Source: Zootoca vivipara (lineage: Eukaryota). Taken from it: a DNA stretch of 64,000 nt. The stretch covers positions 90,644,001 to 90,708,000 of the forward strand of contig NC_083281.1 in assembly GCF_963506605.1 (NCBI RefSeq), given 5' to 3'. Below are positions 33,901 to 45,900 of the stretch, in pieces; within the stretch, counting starts at the first letter, position 1, and the number at the start of each line of letters is the position of its first letter. The notes beneath the pieces were generated by a model. It did not search any database. It was not told the origin of the DNA and saw only the letters and a program-made list of their open reading frames with translations. The translations under genes were made by a program, and so were the position numbers.

Positions 33901-36900
33901 GAGGCCCCCACCAGGGAAGGGATTCACATATGCCTTGGCCCCGCTGCAGTAACGACTGTAATAGCTGAAGCTGCCTCAACAACATTGGTTGGTAGGCAGC
34001 GCATAAATACTCCAAAATAAAAATGAAGCCTCTTTTCACCTCCTGCACAGGTGACCCTGAAGCTGCAGGAATCGCAGCTGCCAGACAGCTCCAAGCTGAG
34101 CCAGTTCCAGATCCGGTGCGAGACGGAGGACGACAAGTTCCTGCTGCTCTATGCACTACTGAAGCTTTCGCTGGTGAAGGGCAAAGTCATCCTCTTTGTT
34201 AGCACCATCGACCGCTGCTACCGCCTCAAGCTCTTCCTGGAGCAGTTCAGCATCCCAGCCTGTGTCCTGAACTCCGAGCTGCCTATTCAGTCCAGGTGAG
34301 CCTTGCTAGGTAGGTATGGGGGCAGTGTTGGAGGCAGCAGCAGCAGCTGCCATCCTGGGTGACGGGAAAAGGAGCTGCAGCTATGGTGCTTTGGCCTTGT
34401 AGGGGGAGAGGAACAAATTGGCAGGCCGTGGCATCCATGCCTGGCCACGATGCAGCCCCGGGCACTGCCTGCCATATCCAGAGGTGATTTCCCCTGGTGA
34501 AACCACAGTTTCCATCAATTGATCTGTTCCAGGTGCCATATCATCAGCCAGTTCAATCGGGGCTTCTGTGATTACATCATCGCCACCGACGAACAGGACC
34601 TGGCAGAGAAAGAGGGACCGACAGGGAGGAAGAGGAAGAGGAAGGGCAACAAAGCAGGAAAGTAGGTTTGAGTTAAGAGCCACAAATACATTCTGTTTGA
34701 CAACGGATGGTGTAAAATAGGAGACTTGGGGGCTAGGTGCCATCGGTGTGCAGCTGACCCTCAGGTCTACTTCTCCATAATCAGGAAGTGCCATGTGGAC
34801 CAGGGCCTGGAATAAATGGTGGCGTAGATCATAGAGTTGTAGAGTTGGAAGGGATCCCAAGCATCATCTAGTCCAGGCATCCCCAAACAGGCAGCCCTCC
34901 AGATGTTTTGGCCTACAACTCCCATGATCCCTAGCTAAGAGGACCAGTGGTCAGGGATAATGGGAATTGTAGTCGAAAACATCTGGAGGGCCGAAGTTTG
35001 GGGGTGCCTGATCTAGTCTAACCACCTGCAGTGCAGGAATCCTGCCCACATCAGCCCCTGGTTGTGCTTGAACCCTCAACCTTCTGGTTAACAGAGAGAT
35101 GCACTGTCCCACTGCACCACAAGGAAATAAGCTGAATTTGAATCATGGCAGGTGACTGGTTCCCATGGCTTCATACATCTGTGGTGGCAGAGGTGACCTA
35201 TTTATGTTCCAGCCGGCCTACCCTTCAGCCGCTCCGATTTGTGTGGTATAGAGTACTCTCCTCACCTCAGACCACTTTTCTCTCTCCAGTGAGTGATCCA
35301 ATGACTTCTACCCAACTGGCCAGTCAGAAGTGAATTTTACAAACCTCCTAGCACAGCATAAATAGCAGCCTCATGCAACTCTGGCAGCTGGCAGCCACCA
35401 ACTGGAGACTGGTGTTTTCCCCACATAACCCTGTATAAGCAGTAAACTCTTATATCTTTGTGGAAGGAGAATAAAATTAGAAAGGAATTAAAAGAAAATT
35501 GAAATGCACATGAGGAAAGGCTGAGCAAGGTTGTTTTCGCAAGAGAACCATGAGAGAAGTGCGGAATGACATGTATGCGAGAGCAACTGCTATGACTCTT
35601 GAGGACAAAGGAAGGAGGGAAAGATAAGGAAGTTTTTATGCCTCGTGATTCAGTCGGTAGAGGCAAGTAGAAGGAAATACTGCCATACGTGGACATAGCT
35701 GCATTTCCCCTTGTGACTTGTGCTTTTTTCATATTTGGTGTGCCACCCCCGCAACTAATAAACATCCTGTTTGACTTTGAGCTGAACCCACAGGGTATTC
35801 AGTATTGAAACACAACACTTCCCTGACACCTCGAGTATAAAACAATCCCCCTCTGAGTAAATGCAACTTTAAAGGTGATTTCTCCCAAGAAGCTGGTGTT
35901 GTGCATGGTAACTTTAGTTCATAATGTATGCTTTTAAGTGTTGGATTTTATTCACTTTGGTTTTGAAATTTGTTTTTAAATGTTGGTTTTTGTTGACAAC
36001 TTAATGCATTTTTTAATGCTCTTTGATAAGCAGCTTAGAGGTTTTAGTTGCAGTTAAGCAGTATATAAACAGGTTAAGTAGGGCTGCAGGATGCATCCAA
36101 GTGGCTTCGTTAGCAGAGGCCCAGAAAGGCCCGGATGCTTCCGAGGGGCCTCTTCCTTGTCCTGCTGCCTAGGAGAGGGAGAGAGTCGCCCCCTTGCCTT
36201 CATTGTTCTCTTCTGCTGCTTTCCTTGCAGGGGCAAAGACCAGGAATATGGAGTATCGCGTGGGATCGACTTCCAGAATGTCTCTGCTGTCCTGAACTTT
36301 GACTTCCCTCCCTCAGTAGAGTCCTACATTCACCGAGCAGGCAGGTGAGCAGCAGGTGGCCTTGCATTTACAGAACTGAGAATTCCGCATTCCTGGGACA
36401 AGGCACCCAAGCCACACTCGGGTTTCTAAGAACAGGGACTTATCAAAGGTCACTTGATGCCTGTGTGTCATCTGGGACTTGGTTGTTGTTGTTTTTTTGC
36501 AAGCTGCCTGGCACAGAACCCAGCCTTCTCTGAATTTCCTCTTGAGTCGGTTATCAAAGACCGAAGCTGGTCATTTTCATAAAGGTGCTTCAGGGGGAAG
36601 GGGCCAAGCGTGTTTGTGTCCTGCCTCCCTTTTCACGGACCGTGCCTTTCCCCTGCGCAGCCCTGGTGCCCCTCCTGAGCCCCTTCTTGCCTTCCAGCTG
36701 TGGCACCCTCTCTTCCCTGCCCTTACCTGATCTCCTGACCCCTTCCTCCCTTGCAGGACTGCCCGTGCGGACAACCCGGGCACTGCCCTTACCTTTGTGC
36801 TGCCCTCTGAGAAGGCTGTGCTGGCTGAGATCGAGGCGGCTCTCACAGGAGGAGGTGGGTGTGCTCGCGAGGCAGGGAAATGCTTCCCTCGGGAGGTCTT

Positions 36901-39832
36901 CCAAGCAGGCAGAGGGAACACCTCCCCCCGGGGGCGCAGGGGTAGTGAGATCACCACGGGGCACTGGCTTGGTTCTGGGCACAGAATTGCCCAATTCAAG
37001 AGTTGCCCCATGCAGTGGCTGCTTGCCTTCCTGTCGTGTCAACCAGTCCCGATCCTCCCCCACCAGGCAGTGACGACACTCCCTTGCGGCCCTACCTGTT
37101 CCGGATGGAGGAGATTGAGGGCCTCCGGTACCGTTGTCAGGTGAGTGGGCACGGCCTGGCTGCTCTGGGAGGTGGCTGATGCAGCACCACCTCCTCTTGC
37201 CCTCTCCCTGCACGGGGGCAAACGGCGGGGGGGGGCGGAGGCAGCTGTTACAGGTGGTGCTTCAGAGCCATCCTTGGCAGGGCAGACTGCAAGTTGGGGG
37301 CAAGGTCGGCATGGGCCCAGACTTTTGAAAGAGGAAGAAACCCGTAAGGGATAGCAGTTTCAGGCAGATCTTGGGTTCTCTGCGTCGAGGACAGGCCTTC
37401 TTCAGGGATATACAATGGTACCTCTACTTACGAATAACTCTACTTACGAATGGAGCTCCGTCCGCCATCTTGGATGCGGTTTAGATAGGATTTTTTCTAC
37501 TTACAAATTTTTAGATAGGGTTGCTTCAACTTACGTACGAATTTTTTCTCCCAATGCATTCCTATGGGATTCGACTTACAAATGTGTGTTCGGAACGCAT
37601 TAAATTCGTAAGTAGAGGTACCACTGTAATAATAACAACAACAACAATAATAGATTTATTATTTATACCCTGCCCAACTGGCTGGGTTTCCCCAGCCATT
37701 CTGGGTGGCTTCCAACAAAATATTAAAATACAGTAGTCTGTTAAACATTAAAAGCTTCCCTAAACAGGACTGCCTTCAGATGTCTTCTAAAAGTCTGGTA
37801 GTTGTTTTTCTCTTTAACATCTGGTGGGAGGGCGTTCCACAGGGTGGGCGCCACTACCAAGAAGGCCCTCTGCCTGGTTCCCTGTAACTTGGCTTCTTGC
37901 AGAGAGGGAACTGCCAGAAGACCCTCGGCACTGGACCTCAGTGTCCGGGCAGAACGATGGGGGGATGCTCCTTCAGGTATACTGGATCGAGGGAGCCCCC
38001 TGATACCCCCTTCCCTGAGTGGTTTTGCCAGGCGCTAGAGGGGGGAAATCTCAGAGGAGGCAGGAACGTTTGGCGAGGAATTGTAAAGCACAGAATCCAG
38101 TTCTCTGGATGCCACAGCATGACTTGGAGGCATTGCCTCTTCCCCCTATTTCTTGCTTTGGTTGGGGTTGCTTTCTCCCGACTCAGCTGCTGCTTTTGGT
38201 AATCATGGGGGTGGAGTAAGTCCTGTGCTTTAAAACCAGCCACCCATCTCCGGCTGGTCCTCAGTTGGGTTCTTTGCTTTCAGGACGCCATGCGGTCCGT
38301 CACCAAGCAGGCCATCAAGGAAGCTCGCCTCCGGGAGATCAAGGAGGAGCTGCTCAACTCTGAGAAGCTGAAGGTATTCACCTGCGCAGCACCTGGGGGA
38401 CCCGAGAGAGTGGGAGGGGGCCGTCAGGGAGGAGCGGCTGCTGACCTCCATTTCTCTCCTCCCAGACATACTTCGAGGACAATCCCCGGGACCTGGACCT
38501 CCTGCGGCACGACAAGCCTCTTCACCCAGCCATTGTCAAGCCCCACTTGCGAAACATACCAGCGTACCTGGGTAGGAGGAGGGGGCGGCATTTGTGGCCT
38601 CAGCAGCGGGGCTCGAAGCTGCGTCTTCACCATGTCTGAGGGGATGGCAAACAGCAGCAGGCCCTGTAGATGAGCCCTGGGGCGGGACTTGGGCTTCCCT
38701 CCTCCAAGGGGGAAAGAGAGGGAGCCCCTGCTTCTCCTGCAGAATCCTCACCTTGGAGCTCACACGCCCCCTTGCCACTGTCCATGCAAATCTTCAAGGC
38801 TTCTTAAGCTGTTCCAGGGCAGAAGAAAAAGTGCAGCAAAGGGGGCTGGGTATTGGGCAGGGGGGGAAGCTGGTGCAAAAGCACCGCAGGCCTCTCGAGA
38901 ATGGGCTGCAAGAGGGGGCTCTTCCACCTCCTGTTTGGGCCAGTAACTACCAGTGGCTGCTTCTCTTCTCTCTCCAGTGCCTCCCACCCTCCGGGCTGTG
39001 GCGCAGCCCCTGGGCAGCAAGCGCAGGCGACGGAAGCCGCTGCCACCCAGGACCAGGGTATGTCTTGCTCCTCTGCTGCTGCCCCCAAACTGGAGGGGGA
39101 GCGGGGACTGGCCTGCCTTTCCTCACACCCCAGCATGGGCCCAGGGAAGGTTTCTTCACAAAACTTTGCGGAACCGGGCACGGTTCCCTGTTGCCCAGCC
39201 TATGCCTGGGAAAGTTTGTGGCGCCGCTGCCGATCGTGCTCTGGGTCCTGTAAAGAAGGCTTGACAATTGAGGGGGGGGCTGTGGAGGGCTTGACAGCTG
39301 GGGGGCCTTGACACCTGAGGCCCTATTTCACCCCCTCCTCTGTGCTTGTTCCTTCACCCCCTTACTCTCTGGGGTGCAAGAGCAAAAATCTCACATCTTG
39401 CTGCTTCCCGGGATCTCCACTCTTTGCCACATTGGATGTGGGTTGAGTTTGGGACCTGCCATTAGCCAGAGGCACCTGCCATGTGGGGCCTTGGGCAGTT
39501 CTTCTGCCCCTTTGTGTGGTGCTGCCCCTTCATGGGGGGAGTCCCAAGTGCTGAGAACAAATGGCGGGTGGGCTTTACAGACCCAATCCCCAAGCTAAAA
39601 GCTCAGAAGTCTTTGCCAGAGGCCCTTTGGATCTGTGATTGTGGCAGCAGGCCAAGGGACCCAGCAGCCTAGTGGTCAGGGAACCCCCCTCCCACTGTGA
39701 GATCCACTTCTACACTGTCTCTCCCTCCCCTGATAGGGCCAGCGGAATCCCCTGCGGAGTTTCAAGTGCACGAAGCGGAGATCTGGAGCTCCAGCCAAGC
39801 ACCAGAGGGCCACTGGAACGCCTGGATCCTGA
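30605..39832 (+). CDS. DDX56: DEAD-box RNA helicase DDX56 (557 aa)
   Basis: Exons 30605-30661, 30754-30915, 31813-31973, 32702-32872, 33404-33494, 34051-34295, 34533-34661, 36231-36344, 36757-36854, 37067-37140, 38284-38373, 38466-38571, 38978-39057, 39737-39832 (TGA); 1674 nt, in frame. Motifs: Q (GWAKPTLIQ), [38 protein letters not shown] and C-terminal NPLRSFK. Confidence 0.96.
31069..31733. mobile_element. Non-autonomous DNA transposon with a nested hAT-like MITE (31360-31605)
   Basis: Outer ends CAGTGCCGGATTTA ... TAAATC..CCCTG with AGCTTAGGGC repeats. Inner element CAGGCATGTCCAAC ... GTTGGCCACCCATG. TSDs not clear. Confidence 0.55.
32124..32210 (-). mobile_element. Degenerate solo Penelope pLTR unit (copy C, hammerhead core mutated)
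   Basis: 87 bp with TSD ATTTTGACCT (32114-32123, 32211-32220). The core reads CAGAATAA...CAAAAGCTC instead of CTGAAGAA...CGAAAGCTC. Confidence 0.8.
34874..35010. mobile_element. hAT MITE (family of 932-1067) nested in a CR1 3' end
   Basis: Perfect TSD ATCTAGTC (34866-34873, 35011-35018). Confidence 0.9.
35432..35828 (+). mobile_element. Possible solo LTR in DDX56 intron 7
   Basis: TG...GACA ends with an internal AATAAA near 35757. No clean TSD. Confidence 0.3.
37413..37626. mobile_element. Tigger-like MITE (family of 13647-13889, inverted)
   Basis: TA|CAATGGTACCTCTACTTACGAA ... GTAGAGGTACCACTG|TA. Confidence 0.85.
37627..37990 (-). mobile_element. L2 LINE 3' fragment
   Basis: Same 3' end and body as 20883-21260. 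Confidence 0.75.
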
Positions 39833-39909
39833 CCGCCGCTTATAGCTGAACTGTGTCGGGGAAGAGGCTGGCGCTGGGCCCCTGTTTTGGGGCCAGGATA
39901 TTTGATGTA

Positions 39910-39915
39910 AATAAA
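39910..39915 (+). terminator. DDX56 polyadenylation signal
   Basis: AATAAA 78 nt after the stop, followed by GTGTTTGTG. Confidence 0.7.
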
Positions 39916-41158
39916 GGACAGGTGTTTGTGCTCGGCCACCGTCTTGTCAGGTTCGGAGGCCTTTCTCAGAAGAACATTAAAGGGGTTGACCTCCCTTGGC
40001 CATTACAGTGCCTTAAGGCCAGGAGCAACTTTTCCTGCATTCTCAAGTCTTTGTCGGGTTTTTTTTGTTTGTCTTTGAGCCCCTGAAACCAGCTGGCTCC
40101 TCTGTCCTGGCACCACTGCCTGGGGAGTAGCCCTGGGCCCCTCGTGCCTGCCTCTCTGGGCCGGGTGGTGGGCACAGGACCCCCCTTCCCATTGGCTTCC
40201 TTGTGTGGGTGAAGGTGCTTTGTCTTGGAACCTGGGTTCCTCCCACGGAGATTCCTGGCAGCAGCTGCTGCTTGGAAGAAGTCCTGAAACTCTGTAAACA
40301 TCCTTTGCCTTCAATCACATCCCACACCCCCTGCTTCTGGATGTGCCAAATGCCCCGTCTGCAGTTCCTTCTCACCTGGTTTCTGTAAACCGGGTGGTGT
40401 CTCTTGTATCGCACTCCTTCGCCCTCGCAAGCTGGGCCCAGCCCCAGCCCTTTGCTCCCTGGGTCTGAGGTGAAGGTAGAGCATGGCTCTTCCAGGGTGG
40501 TGGTAGCTGGTCTGCTCACAGCAGTGCATCCTGTGGCCCTTTGTCCTGACTCTGCTTGTGGCTACCTGTGCCAGCAGCTGCCAATAATGGCAACTGGTGG
40601 ACTATTGCCCGGGCTCCCCTGGCCTTATCAGGCGTCAAGGCCAAGCCAGGCTTGTAAACCTTGAGGGAGGAAGATAAGCGGCTCAAGGTGGAGGCAGCAG
40701 ACAGGATCAGGAGCCTGCGGACCATAAGCAACAAACACGTAACTCCCTCTCCTGTTCCTCAACCCCACCACCCCTGGTTTCCCTTGCCTTCAACTGCACT
40801 GCTTCCTCCTCCGATGTTTCCCCAAGAAGCTTACGTGGCTTTGCACTTGCAAGGGTCAAAGCCAGGCGTGGTGTGACTTGGCAATTCAAGTGTCTTTGCC
40901 TTGAGTGGGTTACCAGGTTGAATGGGCTACCAGGCCTGCCATTTTCACATGGAGGGAGGAAGACGGGCACCTTCCTTGTTGCCATGTGGCAAAATGAATT
41001 AGACCCACCTGGGGGTGTTCTCCCATCTGGGCTGCAACAGCAGTTTGGTGCCGAAGAGCCCCCCCCCCCGACCTGCCTTCACCCCTCAGCTGGGTACACA
41101 ACTTCAGCTGTTCCTGAGAATATCCTGCTCCCTCACAAACCCTGAAGGGTTGCATTGA

Positions 41159-41510
41159 TCTCTATATATAAAAATATATTAAATATATAAGTTCAAATAT
41201 ATAAAAGGATGTCATATAGAGGAGGGAGAAAGGTTGTTTTCTGCTGCTCCAGAGAAGCGGACACGGAGCAATGGATTCAAACTTCAATAAAGAAGATTCC
41301 ACCTAAACATTAGGAAGAACTTCCTGACAGTAAGAGCTGTTCGGCAGTGGAATTTGCTACCAAGGAGTGTGGTGGAGTCTCCTTCTTTGGAGGTCTTTAA
41401 GCAGAGGTTTGACAGGCATATGTCAAGAATGCTTTGATGGTGTTTCCTGCTTGGCAGGGGGTTGGACTGGATGGCCCTTGTGGTCTCTTCCAACTCTATG
41501 ATTCTATGAT
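41159..41510 (+). mobile_element. Young CR1 3' fragment with AT-rich leader
   Basis: About 7 differences in ~315 bp from the 24244-24558 copy, with (ATTCTATG) tail. Confidence 0.85.
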
Positions 41511-41769
41511 TTTTACAATGTATTGGGGGGGGGGGGCAAAGGACGACAACCCCAGAAGGGGGAAATAGCACCTGCTGCATTTGCTTTAAATAGTGAATTG
41601 CTTGAGGCAGGGGGATCCTGGAGGGAGAACTGAGCAGATGCTGGGTGGTGAGGCAGAGTCCGCCAGGTGCTCCATCGTACCTGAAGAGGACCATCAGTCT
41701 TTGGAGGGGCAGCGGTGGGGAGTTCTGGGCAGCCAGGATGCTGTGGGATGTGTTAGGCAGCTTACAGCT

Positions 41770-42742
41770 CGCCTGTTTCAATGCTAGTATACCAAATCTG
41801 GTGCAACTGCATTTGGGATACTGCATGCAGTTTTGGTCGCCTCGCTTTAATAAGGATATTGTGGAGCTGGAGGTGGATCCCAAATGGCCAACCCAAATGA
41901 TCAAAGGGATGGAGCGACTCTCCTACAAGGAAAGGTTGCAGCATTTCGGACATTTTAGTTTAGCTAAAAGGTAAAGAAGCAGCATAATGGACATTTATAA
42001 AATAATGTGCAGCATGGATAAAATGGAGAGAGAAGTTTATCACCTCTCACAATGCTAGAACTTGTGGACGTCTAGTGCAGCTGAAAGTTGGAAGATTCGG
42101 GGTAGATAAAAGGAAGTCCTAGACCTGCACAGTTGAAGTGTGTATTATTTATACCCTGCCCATCTGGCTGGGTTTCCCCAGCCACTCTGAGTGGCTTCCA
42201 ACAGAATATTAAAATACAATAATTATTAAACATTAAAAGCTTCCCTAAGCAGGGCTGCCTTCAAATGTCTTCTAAAAGTCTGGTAGTTGTTTTTCTCTTT
42301 GACATCTGGTGGGAGGGTGTTCCACAGGGTGGGCGCCACTACCGAGAAGGCCCTCTGCCTGGTTCCCTGTAACTTGGCTTCTCACAGCGAGGGAACCGCC
42401 AGAAGGCCCTTGGCACTGGACCTCAGTGTCCGGGCAGAACTATGAGGGTGGAGATGCTCCTTCAGGTATACTGGGCCAAGGAGGCAATGATGGCCACCGA
42501 CTTGGATGGCTTTAAAAGAGGGTTGGACAAATTCATGGAGGAGCAGAGGGCCATCCATGGCTGCTGGCCATGATGGCTCTGCTCTGCTTCCACAGTTGGA
42601 GGCAGCCATACCTCTGGATCTCAATTTCTGGAAGCTACAGGATGGGATGGCTCTGGTGCGCCAATCTGGCAACTGTGAGGACATGATGCTGGACTAGATG
42701 GACCATGGGCCTGATCCAGCAGGCTTTCCTTATGTTCTTATG
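41770..42742 (+). mobile_element. Old CR1 3' fragment interrupted by an L2 piece (42140-42480, -)
   Basis: HLGYCMQFWSPRFNKDIVELE...MIKGMERLSYKERL ORF2 remnant and CTTATGTTCTTATG tail. Confidence 0.7.
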
Positions 42743-42799
42743 ACTGAAGTGCATACAACTGGTAGGTCTCCCCGAAGCAGGTCAGAAGAACTTCAGCTC

Positions 42800-42987
42800 C
42801 ACTTTCAGGTTAATGATAGCAGAGGTTTTACAGCCTTGGCGCAGCCTGATTGGCTCCACAGATGTCAGACCAGGGCTGCTAATAACTGGGCGTCTGGTGG
42901 ACTCGGGACAGGCACCTTGGCACAGCAAGTCCTGGGCACTCCCTCCTTTGTGAATCTTCTGTCTGGGACTGAGGAAAAGCTGCCAGG
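42800..42987 (+). promoter_or_regulatory. NPC1L1 proximal promoter (HNF1-like site, inverted CCAAT)
   Basis: GTTAATGAT (HNF1-like) at 42809-42817 and ATTGG near 42849, upstream of ATG 42988. Motif-level evidence only. Confidence 0.4.
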
Positions 42988-45900
42988 ATGCTGAGCGCCA
43001 TCCTGCTTGCCTTGGTGCTTTCCAGGGCCGGGTTGGGCCTGGTGAGTGAGGTCAGGGGCCTGGTGGGGGGATGATGGAGGGAAGGGCAAGAGGGCTATAG
43101 GAGCCAACAGGCTTCGAAAGGCCTTGGGCAACTGAGCTGTTTCTTAGGGGAGCAGGATGAGATGGAACTAAATGGGCAGCCCAAGTCCATCTCTGTCTGG
43201 TTTCAGCTGCCCACAGAAAATGGGTCCTATATCTCTGGACTGCCAGGGAACAACAGACAGGCCTTGTTCAACTTTGCTTTCCTAAGAAGTTCACACTGGT
43301 TTACGAAGGTATAAATCATACAACTGTAGAGTTGAGAAGGACCCCAAGGGTCATCTAGTCCAAATCCTTGCAGGGCAGGAATTGCAGCTAAAGTATCCCT
43401 GGCAGATGGCTGTTCAACATCTGCTTTAAAATTTCCACTGGTGTCTGTCACCTTCAAAGGGAGTCTATTCCGCTGTCAAACGGCTCTTACTGCCAGAAAG
43501 TTCTTCCTAGGGTTTAGCTGGAATCTCTTTTCGTCACTAGAATCCACTGGTTTGGGTCCTGCTGTCCAGAGCGGTGGAAAACCAGCTTCCACCATCAGTA
43601 ACAAAATAGCATAGCAAGTACATGGGAGACAATACTGCAAGCAATATTGACAGCCTTGTGGAAGAGGTGCCTCGCCTCTCCATCTTGCTCCACATCTCCT
43701 CGAGGAGTCCCAGTTCTTGCAAATTCCAAATCAGTCTGATGCGATCCACCCCTCCTGGACAGATCAGAATTTAGTTGTACTTTCACAGTTCCAATGCAGT
43801 TCTTGGCTCAAAAACAAGGCCTCCAAATATATTTTAATGTGTGCGTTTTGAGAGGAAACTGGGATTTTAGTGCAGATTCTCACACCCAAGGAGAAACCTA
43901 GTGGAACAGAGAGGCCTGGTGAGACAATTATCTACAGTTGCAAACTCAATAGGAAGAATAGGGCAGAGGGCTTTCTGGAGGAGGTCTTGCAGTATGTCAA
44001 AGAGGACACAGAGCAGCATCGCTCCAAATGATCATTGTGTGCGGTAATGCTGGGCCCCAAGAGTAACTTTGTACTGGGGACATGTTATCCCCTTGGCGAA
44101 AATGCCCAGGGAGATATTCAGATGGAGAACGAAATCAAGGAAACATCCAAATGAGGAAATGCTGTAGTAATAGGCAGGGCCGGCGCGTCAATTCAGGCGA
44201 CCTAGGCAGCTGCCTAGGGCGCCAGAATGGAGAGGGTGCTGGCCAGCGCCCCCCCCCCAGTGCTGAGTGGCTTCAGAGGTGCAAGCCTGAGGGCACCTCG
44301 CAGCTGTAGAGCCGCTTCAGGCCGCTATCCCAATGTGCACGCGTGTCTCCGGAGAGCGGCCTGAAGCCGCTCTACAGGCTACAGCTGACAGGCACAGTGA
44401 GGTGGCCCCAGGGTTGCACTCCCGCGCGAAGCTCCGGAGGGGAGCGGGAGCCTGGGACCACCTCCCTGTGCCTCTCAGCTGTTTTTTAATTTTATTTTTA
44501 TTTTTTCTACTTTCCCCTCTATTTTTTCCCTATTTTTTTATTTTTATTTTTTCTATTTTCTATTTTTATTTTTTCTATTTTCTATTTTTACTTTTTTATT
44601 TGGGGGGGGGCAGAAGGTGATCTCGCCTAGGGCGCAAAAAACCCTAGCACTGGCCCTGGTAATAGGCAACTTCAGTTATGCTTGCCTAGGCTGTGGGTAC
44701 ACACCACACTTAGAGATAACATTTCTAGATGCCCTCAATATCTGTGCGCTAGGAACAGTAGCACAGAGCGGGGTGCCTGGGACTTAAGTGGCACCAGAAC
44801 TTGGTGCAAGTGATCTTGAACCAGCTGGGAATAGCGACCATAGAGCTATCTGATTCAGTGTATGTGCAAATAGACAATTGCAAAGAAAATCCAACAGTCA
44901 CATTTGAAACTTCCGAAAACCGAGAGGACTGGGAGAAAAAGGAAGTTGCAAGGGTCAAAGTCAAGAGGGTCAATTCTCTCCAAATATTTGGGGTTTGTTT
45001 AAAACTACAGTATTAGCTAGAATGTATACACTGCAGATCAAACGAGGTAAGCTGTTAGAGAGGCAAGAAGATTCCCAATAGAAAATGGAAGTCTTGTTCA
45101 AATGAGACCAAAAAGGAACACGAAAATGCAGAGAAAAGTAAGCAGACAGAAAGGAAAGCAAAAAAGAAGAAGAAAAGTATTTGAGGAGCAAATTGCTAAA
45201 AACAGAAAGACCACGAGCAATGAAAGGTCTCTGGTAAGTTGCTAGCAGACAGACAGTTAGGGAGGCAGTGGAGTGTCTTTGGGTGGTGAGGGGGTGACTC
45301 AGAGAAGCAAGAATGAATTCTCCGCTTCTGTCTTCACAATAGAAGAGACCTTGACTTTCACAGGAAGGAAGTTTGAGGAACTGAAGACTCAGAAACTCCA
45401 GCGGGTGCAGAATGCCACGGCGAGACTCCTTACTGTGATCCTTGCTGTGGGATCACATTCATCCATTGCTTTACCAGCTGCACTGGCTCCCGGTGGAGTA
45501 CATGGTCAGGCTTAAGGGGGTGTTTTTGACCTTTAAAGCCCTATGCGGCCTAGGACCCTTGTACCTACGGGACCGCCTTTCCTGGTATGCCCCGCGGAGG
45601 ACCTTAAAGGTCCATAAATAACAACACTCTGGAAGTCCCGAGCCCCAAGGAGGTTAGATTGGCCTCAACCAGGGGCAGGGCCTTTTCAGCTCTGGCCCCG
45701 GCCTGGTGGGACACTCTGTCACAAGAGACTAGGGCCCTGTGGAATTTGACATCTTTCCACAGGGCCTGCAAGACAAAGCCTTTGGGCTGGACTCAATCTA
45801 ACCTCCAACCCCTCTCATTTATTTTTTTGATGGAACCCCTTATATGGGATTTGTATATAAATTTTCCCTCGGCTCTTTTTGCTGGGCCATGTAGGACCAG

